DNA of 64,000 nucleotides, from assembly GCF_037042905.1 (NCBI RefSeq), contig NC_087250.1, positions 17,238,001 through 17,302,000 on the forward strand, in the 5' to 3' direction. Source of the DNA: Lytechinus pictus (Eukaryota). Positions 38,516 through 50,121 of this stretch are shown piece after piece (positions within the stretch are counted from its first letter, which is position 1; the number at the start of each line of letters is the position of its first letter). Under the pieces are notes generated by a model. It saw only the letters and a program-made list of their open reading frames with translations, made no database searches and was not told where the DNA came from. A program made the position numbers and the translations under genes.

Positions 38516-39644
38516 GTCATGACAGTGGGTTCTTCGAGTTTTCAAATTAGTGTTACTAAAACATGCGTGTCTACTTTGCAATTTCATGCACGGATTTGTC
38601 TCCAAACTCTCTCTATGAATTTTGTTTTCCTGCATCTACTTACCAACAAGTATCCAGGGTAAATATTACAAAGGGGGTGATATATCCCTTTAAAAGCACG
38701 CGAAGCATCTCTAATGTCCAATTAGATTGATGAGTTTGGGGGCCCAACACCTAGCGTATGATATGGATGGAAGTCAACGGTGCATGAAGCCGAGGTAATT
38801 ATATACGGGAATTATAGGTGTTCAAAAACCGCAGGGTAACTGGGAATCTCATGGTATGTATATATGTGAAAAATAGCTTTTTGATAAATGGAATGATCGA
38901 GCTAGTATCGGTTTTTAAATTAGTAAAACGCCGTTTAAGTAAATCGCCGTTTAAGTAAATCGTACACACACATACACACACATATATATATATATATAGA
39001 TATATATATATATATATTAATATAATTAATATATATATATTAATATTCATACATACATAAATATTTTATACATGTATGTATCCACTCGGCATAGTATTGA
39101 GGTTTCCAAAACTACTCAATACCAAGGCGTGAAATTGCCGGTTGCAGACGAAGCAAGGTATGAATATATATTGCATTGTCATTGAGGCCGTATATATTCA
39201 GATATGATATAGGCCATGGTATTACAAATAGATTTAAATATATTTTTAAGATTATCAACATACTGCGTGTGTTTTAATATGCATGATAAGTGATAGTTTG
39301 ACATGAAAGGTACTGCATTCAAATATAAGTCATCTTAGAACAAATAGTTTGACAATGACGTTACAACACACAATCCAAAAGAATATTAAGCAATACATCA
39401 TATACATGCACCGTGGTAATATTTAAATTTAGTAAGTTAAACTTTTATAAGGTCTTGTACATAAGAATGCATGAATATATTACTGTTCAAAAAACGTCTT
39501 GACGTTTCATCGCCTGTGACTACTTCCGAAATTACAGGAGAGCTTTTCGTGTCAAAAGCCCAAAAGTTCATGCAAATGGCCATTCATGTATTACTGAGTA
39601 ATCACGATGTATAATCCAGACATTTTAAGGGATTGGGTGGCTAC

Positions 39645-39811
39645 TTATACCATGGTCACATTTGCTCTACGGCGGCCGTACGGCGAGTCGAAAACAGCCG
39701 TTTTATTAATTTTGATTCAAACCACCTTTATGAAGTTGGACAAAAAATGTTAAAACGGCTGTTTTCGACTCGCCGTACGGCCGCCGTAGAACAAATGTGA
39801 CCATGGTATAA
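39645..39811. mobile_element. Young hairpin MITE
   Basis: About 60-bp near-perfect TIR tataccatggtcacatttg.tctacggcggccgtacggcgagtcgaaaacagccgtttt and its complement. Confidence 0.9.
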
Positions 39812-39877
39812 CAACGCGGATTATTCCGTTTCGTTACAAAGGGAGCCCTTATATGAGGGTGGCACTTTTACCTTTAT

Positions 39878-40051
39878 GGGCGTTGTGGCGTGCGCCTGTA
39901 ATCCAAGCTGTGGGGAAGTTACAAATTGATGCAGAGGTTCGAGGTTCGAGCCCTGGTCACGTCTTTCGGATGGTGACGTTAAAGGTCGGTCCCAGACGTA
40001 AATAATCATATCTGATTGATACACGTCTGACAAAACTCAAATACACACACA
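39878..40051 (+). mobile_element. Short retroposon with 7SL/Alu-like head, B box, Deu-like core and (CA)n tail
   Basis: Head GGGCGTTGTGGCGTGCGCCTGTAATCCAAGCT; B box GGTTCGAGCCC at 39943-53; core TCTTTCGGATGGTGACGTTAAAGGTCGGTCCC; tail atacacacaca; flanking direct repeat tttatgg (39873-79 / 40052-58). Confidence 0.75.
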
Positions 40052-40112
40052 TTTATGGAACCTGTTGGACAAAGGGGGAGAGGGTAGTGGGTTGAACAGC
40101 TACATTTACACT

Positions 40113-41596
40113 CACTGGCGTAAATCCGTGTTGATGGGTGGGGGGATGACTGAAATATTTTGGCATTTTTTTTTGCAATCATGTTTTTAGATATGCAAGG
40201 AATTGCCATTGATATGTCCACAGTGGCGTACCGTGGGTCACGGCATTGGGGGGGGGGGGCGGCACCAACAAAAATTTTGAATCACTGAGTGAGTGCGCTA
40301 GTGAGCGCGCTCAGTTGCCAGTTATACTGACCTAATAGAGACATTTGAAGGACAATGTCATTAAACTGATATGTATCTCACTGATCAAATAATGCGAGCG
40401 CGAAGCGCGAGCTGAAATGTTTTTATATTCACACATAAAAAGGGACATTATAATCAAATTTGTGTAATCATGATAGGTACCTGTCTCACTAAACGATTCG
40501 AGCGCAAAGCGCGAGCTGAAAATTTAGATAATTCAGACCTGAAGTGGGGCATTCTAAGGTTTTTTTTGTAAGAATTAACTAGGACCATACGTATTTCATT
40601 AACCAAATGATGCGAGCGCGAAGCGCGAGCTGAAAATTTTTGATATTCAGATCATAAGGGACATTTTAAGGACTGATTTTAGGAATTTATGAAAAGCAGA
40701 CATATTTCACCAATCCACTTATGCGAACGTAATCACGGACAGGAAATGTTTCATATATACGAAGACCTTAACATGGGGCAATCACTATTTGATTCGTCAA
40801 AAAGAAGCATATGTCACTACATAAAACAATGATAACTCAAGTGCTAGGAAATATATTTGGTTTATACTGACTTGAAAACGGGATGTTTTAGTACAACAGG
40901 ATTATATATCACGTTAAACAGACAATGCGAGCACCAGGAACAATAAAGACGTAGGCCCTGGGCAAATTATGTTTCATAAAGTTATGATAAATATGTTTCT
41001 TATGTAATGTAACATAACATAATTATACTATAATATAACATTATAATGAATAATATTTTCTTTTTTCCCACTACGTTTCTCTTCCTTTCTCCCTCTTTTC
41101 TCCTTTCCCCTTTCCCCGCTTTTTTTTTTTGGTCAGCCGATGGGGGGGGGGGGAATGTGCCCCCCATGCCCCCCGTAGTTACGCCACTGTATGTCCATAT
41201 AGCAAATACCCCTCTAATATTATTTTATCTTTTTTACCCCATGATGGTTATTACATTAAAAAAATTTGACATTCCATCTTAATCCCTTCCCAAAGACCCC
41301 AACATTGATGAATTAGAAGAAACGGGGGTTTCTCTTCAATGTTATATAAGGACATAAGTATTTCGTTTGGAAATGGTGAGCTGGCTCTTTATTTGCATTT
41401 TATGATTCAATAATATTGTTTTATTTGTTAAGCGGTATTTTAGGAAGAATTTTCACCAATAAAACAATTATCTCTTGTGATTTTTTTTCCCATTTCTTTC
41501 GTAAAAAGTGGGGGGATGTTTGTACAGGCCATCCCCCCTCCTCGAAAAGTGGGGGGGATATATCCCCCACCCCCCCCCCCGGGATTTACGCCAGTG
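40113..41596. mobile_element. Composite hAT-like element copy 1 (outer CACTGGCGTAAATCC TIR; inner 40221-41189)
   Basis: Outer TIR cactggcgtaaatcc / ggatttacgccagtg. Inner TIR cagtggcgta / tacgccactg with TSD tatgtcca. Confidence 0.9.
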
Positions 41597-42221
41597 TAAT
41601 TACACTCTTAAAATTGATTGTTAAAATCCCCCAATGTCTTGGTAAATATGTGCCCGACCGTCGAAAGTGGTAATAATTCGTTGGTATCTACAAGAATATT
41701 CGTTGGTATCTACAAGAATTTCAGTTGGTATTGACCATCTGTATTATTCGGTCAGGCAAGTTATATCCAATAACAGTCGGACATAATTATTCCCCAACGC
41801 ATTGGTTGTTTTGACCAATCTCATTCATGAGTGTATGATGTCATATATATCTGATACCTATATAAGCCAACAGTGAATACAATTTTCTTTAATGCTATGT
41901 ATTTCGCGGTCTCACCGTCAAAGCAGACGCCCAATCGACTATGCTTCTACGTTTGGTCTCTCTGGCCGGTGAAGTAGGGAGTTTTTTCTCCGCGATGTAT
42001 GGAGGGTTCAAGCACATAGAAAACAGTATTGTCAAATGGCCTTTATGACAAAGAACCAAGAATTCGTAGTCGGAAATAGGTGAATCTAAAGAGCAGGTTT
42101 CGTTCTCGACTCTAGTCAAACTACATTATTTGCAATTATTCGTCAGCTCCGAAACTAAGCACTAAACTGCAGTTCGGGTTCAAAAATGTACGACAAAGAC
42201 CTCTTGGTTCATTTTTGTCAT

Positions 42222-42933
42222 TGAAGGGGTACTCCCGGCTGAAAAAAAAAATGATTTGAACAGATTAGGAAAAATGCGACAAACAAAACATTGATCTGAT
42301 CAAAATCGGACAAAGATTGGCATTTTAAAGATTTGCATTATTTCGTTGAAATAGTTCAAGGCATGTCTTCATGAATATTTAATGAGCAAACTGACCAGCA
42401 TGTAGCACTGCTCTATTCTGTATTGTTTGTTTTTACCACGTATAATGTCATCTATGGTTGTATCATGATTTTGTCAAATAAATAATAATGATAATGATGT
42501 AATATCCCCACTTGTTATTTTGTATGTTATCAAATGAATTTAAGTTTATTCCATTTTTTTTCCTTCAACAACCAAAAATATTGGAATAACAACTGATTTA
42601 GAGCATTAGATATCAATTGCTGCAACTTTTTTCATTACAAGGGAGACATATCATTCACACATGTATGAAGAAATGAAACAATTGTGATTTCATGTAATAA
42701 AATAAGAAAAAGGAAAGTGGGGATGTGACATCATCAGCCCATCTAATGAATATTCATGACGACGTGCATATAAGTCTTTTCACAATATATTGCTAAACTT
42801 AAAAATTCAATAACTTCACTATTTATTATCGGATTTTGGTGAAATTGCCCGGTGAAATTGTCAGCATTTTGCTCTGTAAATTTTACTCTAGTCATCTAGA
42901 TATAATTATTTTCAGCCCGGAGCATCCCTTTTA
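42222..42933. mobile_element. Kolobok-like MITE
   Basis: TIR aaggggtactcccggctgaaaa / ttttcagcccggagcatccctt. Confidence 0.7.
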
Positions 42934-43656
42934 GGGCATTTGACGATACGTGTTCTAACTCGTTAAATTCGTCGTGCATCGTAGAGCGAAAACTTCTTCA
43001 TACTGCGTTTGTTCGGTCATAATATGTAGCTGCGACATTGGGCCAAAAAGCTAGTTTCAATTGAAGGTCAGATTTCAGCCGACAAACAAGCTCGATTTCT
43101 GACAGACAAGGAGGAATTTACGATTCTTCTCATTCACTGAGGTGTTCTAGGTCACTTTTAACTTGTATCTTGAATCGCTTTCCACATGCGTTCACCGCGG
43201 TATTGATTTTGGCGAGAATTCTAATATGATTATTGACGCATGCACCTGCTAAAACCGGTGCCGATGCGATTTAATTGTTCTTGGCTATGTAACCGATATC
43301 GCAGACGAGTCAAGTGCTCGTGGTGATGAACATGTTCATGGTTATGTATGGATTCGTTGCACACTTCTCTCGAGCGATGGGGGCTTTACACTCTTTTAGG
43401 AACGCATTTTTTAAGCCTTTTCATGTGGACAACTATAACAAATGATTACATAACTATTAATAGTTATGGTGATAGTGATGAAAAATTAATAGATTTTGAA
43501 CTCCTTCGAAGGAAGCAGCATATTATAGTCCTTTATTATAACTTGATAATGAATGAGCTATGCATCGGTCAATAGATTTGCATTATTGATTTATAGTCTT
43601 GATATATAGGATAGGCCCCATAGACATTTGACCAAACCTTGTTTTTTCATATATAC

Positions 43657-45076
43657 CACTGGCGTAAATCCGTGTTGATGGGTGGGGGGGATGACTGAAA
43701 TATTTTGGCATTTTTTTGCAATCATGTTTTTAGATATGCAAGGAATTGTCATTGATATGTCCACAGTGGCGTACCGTGGGTCACGGCATTGGGGGGGGGG
43801 GCACCAGCAAAATTTTTGAATGACTGAGTGAGTGACCTAATAGAGACATTTTAAGGACAATGTCATTAAACGGATATGTATTTCACTCATCAAATAATGC
43901 GAGTGCGAAGCGCGAGCTGAAATTTTTTTATATTCACACCTAAAAAGGGACATTATAATCAAATTTGTGTAATCATGATAGGTACCTGTCTCGCTTAACA
44001 ATGCGAGCGCGAAGCGCGAGCTGAAAACTTAAATAATTCAGACCTGAAGTGGGGCATTCTAAGTTTTCTTTGTAGGAATTAACCAGGACCATACGTATTT
44101 CATTAACCAAATGATGCGAGCGCGAAGCGCGAGCTGAAAATTTTTGATATTCAGATCAGAAGAAGGGACATTTTAAGGACTGATTTTAGGAATTCATGAA
44201 GAGCAGACATATCTCACCAATCCATGAAAAATGCGAACGTAATCACGGACAGGAAATGTTTCATATATACGAAGACCTTAACATGGGGCAATTACTTTTG
44301 AGTCATGAAAAAAAAAGCATATGTCACTACATAAAACAATGATAACTCAAGTGCTAGGAAATATATTTGGTTTATATTGACTTGAAAACGGGATGTTTTG
44401 GTACAACAGGATTATATATCTCGTTAAACAGACAATGCGAGCACCAGGAACAATTGAGACGTAGGCCCTGGGCAAATTATGTTTCATAAAGTTATGATAA
44501 AAATGTTTCTTATGTAATGTAACTTAACATAATTATAATATAATATAACATTATAATGAATAATATTTTCTTCTTTCCCACTACGTTTCTCTTCCTTTCT
44601 CCCTCTTTTCTCCTTTCCCCCTTTCCCCGTTTTTTTTTTGGTCAGCCGATGGGGGGGATGTGCCCCCCATGTCCCCCGTGGTTACGCCACTGTATGTCCA
44701 TATGGCAAATACCCCTCCAATATTATTATCTTTTTTACCCCATGATGGTTTAATGGTTTATTAGAGATTACACTCAAAATTTTTTGATATTCCATCTTAA
44801 TCCCTTCCCAAAGACCCCAAAATTGATGAATTGGAAGTATTTCGTTTGGAAATGGTGAACTGGCTCTATATTTGCATTTTATGATTCAATAATATTATTT
44901 TATTTGTTAAGCGGTATTTTTGGAAGAATTTTCACCAATAAAACAATTATCTCTTGTGATTTTTTTTTCATTTCTTTCGTAAAAAGTGGGGGGGATGTTT
45001 GTACAGGCCATCCCCCTCCTCGAAAAGTGGGGGGGGGGGATATATCCCCCCATCCCCCCCGGGATTTACGCCAGTG
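43657..45076. mobile_element. Composite hAT-like element copy 2 (inner 43764-44692)
   Basis: Same structure as 40113-41596. Outer TSD atatatac (43649-56 / 45077-84); inner TSD tatgtcca. Confidence 0.9.
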
Positions 45077-47503
45077 ATATATACAATATTTTTTGATGGA
45101 TTCTTCTCAATTCGAGGGTGCTGATTACGAATCTGAATGATGCCACTCGTGTAACCTTGAGCATTTTTCGCAAATTGGCAAAATCCAATATGGCCGCCAA
45201 AATATGCAAATTACCCATGAAAATCATAAAATTGCCCGCACATTGGTGATAAAATGTATGTATTTGTGTTGTTGGAGTGAAATACTCTCTGAAAAAATGA
45301 TTTTTGACAAAAAAAAACATTTTCTAGATATTCAAAATGGCCGCCATAGACCCCTGTATTCTATATTATGTGCAATATGAATGGGGAAAACTAAATTTCA
45401 CAAAAATGAGCACTAAATGCAAGTAATTGTGATTTTTAGTGAAATAATGGATGAAAACATGATTGCTAACGAAATGTATCATTTGTTATGTCATGTATGT
45501 AAGAAATGAAGCATTTTAATATTCAAATAGCCACCAAATGCCCTGACAGTATTATGTACAATGTTAATGGGGACAAAAGAAAATCACAAGAGTGAGTACA
45601 AAAATGCATATTACTAGTATTAAGATAAGCGAGTGGAATACTGGCTAAAAACATAATTTTTAACGAAATATAAATGCAATTTATGTGTTAAATGTTGTAT
45701 TTTTACATTCAAAATGGCCACCATAAGCCCATTATACATTATGTACAATGCGATTGGAGAAATTAATTTTCACAAGAGTAAGAACTATAAAATGCATGTA
45801 ATTGTGATCACCGAGTAAAATAATGTCTGAAAACATGTTTTCTAGCGAAACATATCATTTCTTTTGTCATGCATGATATAAATGCTGTATTGTGAAGGTC
45901 AAAATGGCCCCTATATAGGCCCTAACAGAATTATCTACAATGTAAATGGGGACATGTAATTTTCTAAGAATTCGGATTTACTCGACTATGAAATCCATAA
46001 AATCCTGTTGTATAATAAAAACATTATTTGAAAACATGATTTTTAAGAATTATAGCATTCTTCTGCCATGTAAGTTAAATACATGTATACTGTATTTTGA
46101 CATTCAAAATAGCTGATACAAACCCTAACTAAATTATGTTACATGCGTATAGGGAATCTACTTTTTACAAGAGTGAGCATCATAAAAGGCATGTAACTGT
46201 GATGTATGAGTAAAAGTATTGTCTTAAACATGATTTCTAAATAAATACATCACATATTGGTCATGGAGGTAATGAATGTTGTACTTTGAAATTCAAAATG
46301 GTTGCCATAGGTCCCAAAAGTATTATGTACATTGTAATTTGGGACATATAATTTTGACAGAATTTGGCTTTGCTGGACTATAAGTATTGCATATTATAAT
46401 TGTGATGTAAGAATGAAATATTGCCTAAAACCATGGTTCCTAACAAGGTATATCATATCTGGTGCATTTAAGGTGATAAAAGCTGCATTTTGAAATGGAA
46501 AATGGCCGCCATGGGCCCTTATTGTATTATGTACAATTTGAATGAGGACAGATAATTTTCACAAAAGGGCATATGGCGGCCATTTGAAAGTTGAAATATA
46601 ACATTTATCAGCTAAATTTTAAATGATATGATATATTATGTTAGTAATAATCTTTTTTAGACAATATTTCACTCATACAACCCCATTTAGTCAAGCAAAG
46701 CCAAAATCTGTTAATTTGTCCCCATTTACATTGTACATAATGCTGTTGGGGCCTGTAAAGGCCATTTTGACTTTCAAAATACAGTATATATCATCTACCT
46801 GGCAGAAGAACTGTACTATGTTGTAAATATCTTGTTAGAAATTATGCTTTCAGACAATATTTTACTCATAGATCACAATTACGTGCATTTATGGTGCTCA
46901 CTCGTGTGAATTTTTTTTTTCTAGTTCGCATTGTACATAATACAATCAATGTCTATGGCGGCCATTTTGAAAGTCAAAATACAGTAAAACACAAACTTTA
47001 AACCTGAATTATATATTTCGTTAAAAGTTGTGTTTTTTAGACAGTATCCCATTTATTCATCACAAATAAATGCATTTCAGTGCTCACTCTTTGATTTCTT
47101 TGTCCTCTTTCTCATTGTACATAATACTGTTAGGACCGCCTTTGGCGGTCATTTTGAATATCAAAATACAGCATTTATCACATACATGACATATTAGATA
47201 ATATATTTCCTTAGAAATTGTTTTTATTCAGTATCCACTCGTTTCTCTCAATAATATGCATTTTACTGCTCACTTTTGCGATTTTTGTTGGCCCCTTTGC
47301 CATAGAAAATAATACTATTTGGGCCAGTGGCAGCTATTTTGAATATCAAATACAACAATTTTCCCATAAATGACATAATAAATGATATATCATGTTAGCA
47401 TTGATGATTCATGTATTACTTCGTCCATAGATCACAATTACTTGCAGTTTGTGATCATTTTTTTTGAAAAATTAATTTTCCCTTTTCATATTGTACATAA
47501 TAT

Positions 47504-50121
47504 TGATTCAATTTTATTTCTGCACTCAGGCTACAAATATGCAACATAACATCTGGGTGGTACAATCAAGTTTTACAAAACAATTAAGCAATAGTCATAG
47601 TAAGCAATGAAAAATAAATATTAACAATAAGCAATATTCAATGAAAAGAAAATAACAGTTTAAACGAATGCAGGAGACCGCCATCGTGAGCGGTTAAGCT
47701 TGAAAATGATGGCGGCCTCGTAAAATGGTACATAAATGTCTTTCTTCATTGATCAAGTGGGTGCAATGCAGGTGCAGGTGCGGGTGAAGTAAAGGGCAGT
47801 TGAATAATTAACTTGAAGAGGGGGATGCATATGATTCGATGATTTTTCTTTTAATAGTGGCTTTAAGTGAGTATATTGTTGAACATGACTTAACGTTGTT
47901 TGGAAAATTGTTCCAAATATCAGGACCATAATGTCGAATTGATTTGTGAGTTATTAATAATTTAGGGTTGGTGAGATGAAGGTTTCCTGATGTGCGGGTT
48001 GGGTAGGAATGAACAGACCTGTTAAACCTAAACATATCATTAAAGGATGGAGGAAGTTGATTATTAAAATATTTGAACATAAAGATGGCTACTTGGATCG
48101 TATTGATATCAAAGATTTTTAAGGTTTTAAGTTTATGAAACAATGGGTTAGAATGAGCCAAGTAATGTGACCGTGTGCACATACGGATTGCTCTTTTTTG
48201 TAGTTTAAAGACAGAGTTTAGTTTGAAAGAACCACAATTTGCCCAGACGATATTACAATATGTTATATAAGGGAGGACTAATGAATTGTATAACAAGAAT
48301 AAAGTTTTGTCAGGAAGAGTGAATTTTAACTTGGAAATTATCCCAATACTTTTAGAAACGGACATCGTAACATGGTGTATGTGTTGATTCCAAGTCAAAG
48401 ATTCGTCCATAATTACACCTAAAAATTTAGATTGTTTTTTCTGTTCTAGGGGGGTGCCGTCAATGTTAATGTCAATCGGTGTGTTAATGTTATGGGAATG
48501 GTGTCTGAAATACATAAAATGTGTCTTTTTTGTATTAAGGGATAGTTTATTGGCTTTGAACCAGTTTGATACTTTATCAATTTCACGATTAACGATATTG
48601 GTTAATGAATTAAGGTCTCTATGAGAATAAAATATATTTGTGTCGTCGGCAAATAAAACGAAGGATAAAATAGAGGAGGTTGTAATAATGTCGTTAATGT
48701 AGAGTAAAAATAAAAGTGGGCCTAAAATGGAACCTTGAGGGACACCACATCGAACTAAAAGAGAATCAGAGTCGCAACTGTTAAAATTGACATATTGCCT
48801 TCGATTATTTAAGTAGTCTTTAAAAAATGAGAGACATTGACCTCGTATTCCATAATGGTTGAGTTTGGATAGTAAAATTTCATGGTTGAGGGTGTCAAAC
48901 GCTTTACTAAGATCGCAAAAAATGCCAATTACGTGTTCTTTGTTCGCTATGGCATTTGTTATTTTGTCATAAATTTGAAGTAATGCTAAGTCTGTTGAAT
49001 ATTTTTTTCTAAAACCATATTGATTACAATTTAGAATGTTATATTTGTTTATGAATTTATAAAGTCTTATGTAAACTATTTTTTCTAGAATTTTAGATAT
49101 TGTTGGAAGTAATGAAATGGGACGGTAATTACTTATTTCGTGAGGGTTGTCTTTTTTAAAAATCGGATTTACTTTTGCTATTTTGAATAAGTCTGGAAAA
49201 ACACCTTGAGATAGGGAGTTATTAAATATGTGAGTCAAAGGGCTGGCAAGAGGGTGAATTATTTGCTTAAGAAGAGACATGTTAATGCCATCGCAACCAG
49301 AAGATCTAGAATTATGAAGGGAACGAACAATAGTGATTATTTCGGAGGGGTTTGTTGGGGCTAAAAAAAGAGATTCTTGATTTGGATCTGAGAGGTAATC
49401 TGTAAAATGTGCGTTGGGACTATTAATTTTGTTTGCAAGCTCGGGCCCAATATTGGTAAAGAAAGAATTAAATGAGTTTGCATAATTAGTGGGATCAAGT
49501 ATTTCAGATCCATTGAGAGTGATTTTATCATTAGGTGGGGGGTGTGTTTTTGTACCCAACACTTCTTTGATAATTTTCCAAGTCGTATTTGTATTTCCAT
49601 TGGCATCGTTAATTTTATTAGCAAAGTGCAATTTTCGGGATATTCGAATTAATTTTGTTAGTTTATTACGATATATTTTATATTCTTTTAAAGAATCATC
49701 AGTTGGATTGCGTAAGTGATATTTATATAGGCGATTACGTGTCTGTATGGACTTCAGTAAACCTTTAGTTATCCAAGGATTTTTGGGTTTGTTACGTTGG
49801 TTTTTTACTTTACCTATAGGGATATTCTTTTCATAATAATGTTTTAATGTATTATTGAAGTTATTGTATGCAATATTGGGATTTACTTCATTATAAACAT
49901 CATCCCATTCTTCCAAAACTAGGTCTTGCTTCAGTAATTCTATATTTTGTTTAGATTCTTTACGATAAGTATATTCTTTGTTTGATTTGGGGAAAGAAAG
50001 TTTACATTCACAAGTTAAGAAAATAGGCAGGTGGTCCGAAACTTCAGAACATAAAATCCCTCCTGTGGCTTTGTTATTATGAACATTCGAAAATATGTTA
50101 TCAATCTGAGTTGATGAATTC
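47504..50121 (-). mobile_element. 5'-truncated CR1-group (Crack/L2-related) LINE
   Basis: Contains an uninterrupted ORF2 remnant, a 3'UTR and an AATAAAATTGAATC end. Flanked by aatat (47499-503 / 50122-26); host sequence is continuous across it. Confidence 0.9.
47808..50121 (-). CDS. LINE ORF2: C-terminal end of APE endonuclease plus reverse transcriptase
   Basis: Motifs IDNIF..SDHLP (APE end), YRPISLL, QYGFR, DLSKAFDT, GVPQGSILGPLLFLLYIND and FADDT. No stops over about 770 codons. Confidence 0.95.

Noticed and set aside
39878..39960. Human Alu contamination
   Set aside because: Only the head is Alu-like. The body, the (CA)n tail, the TSD and the native flanks are not Alu.
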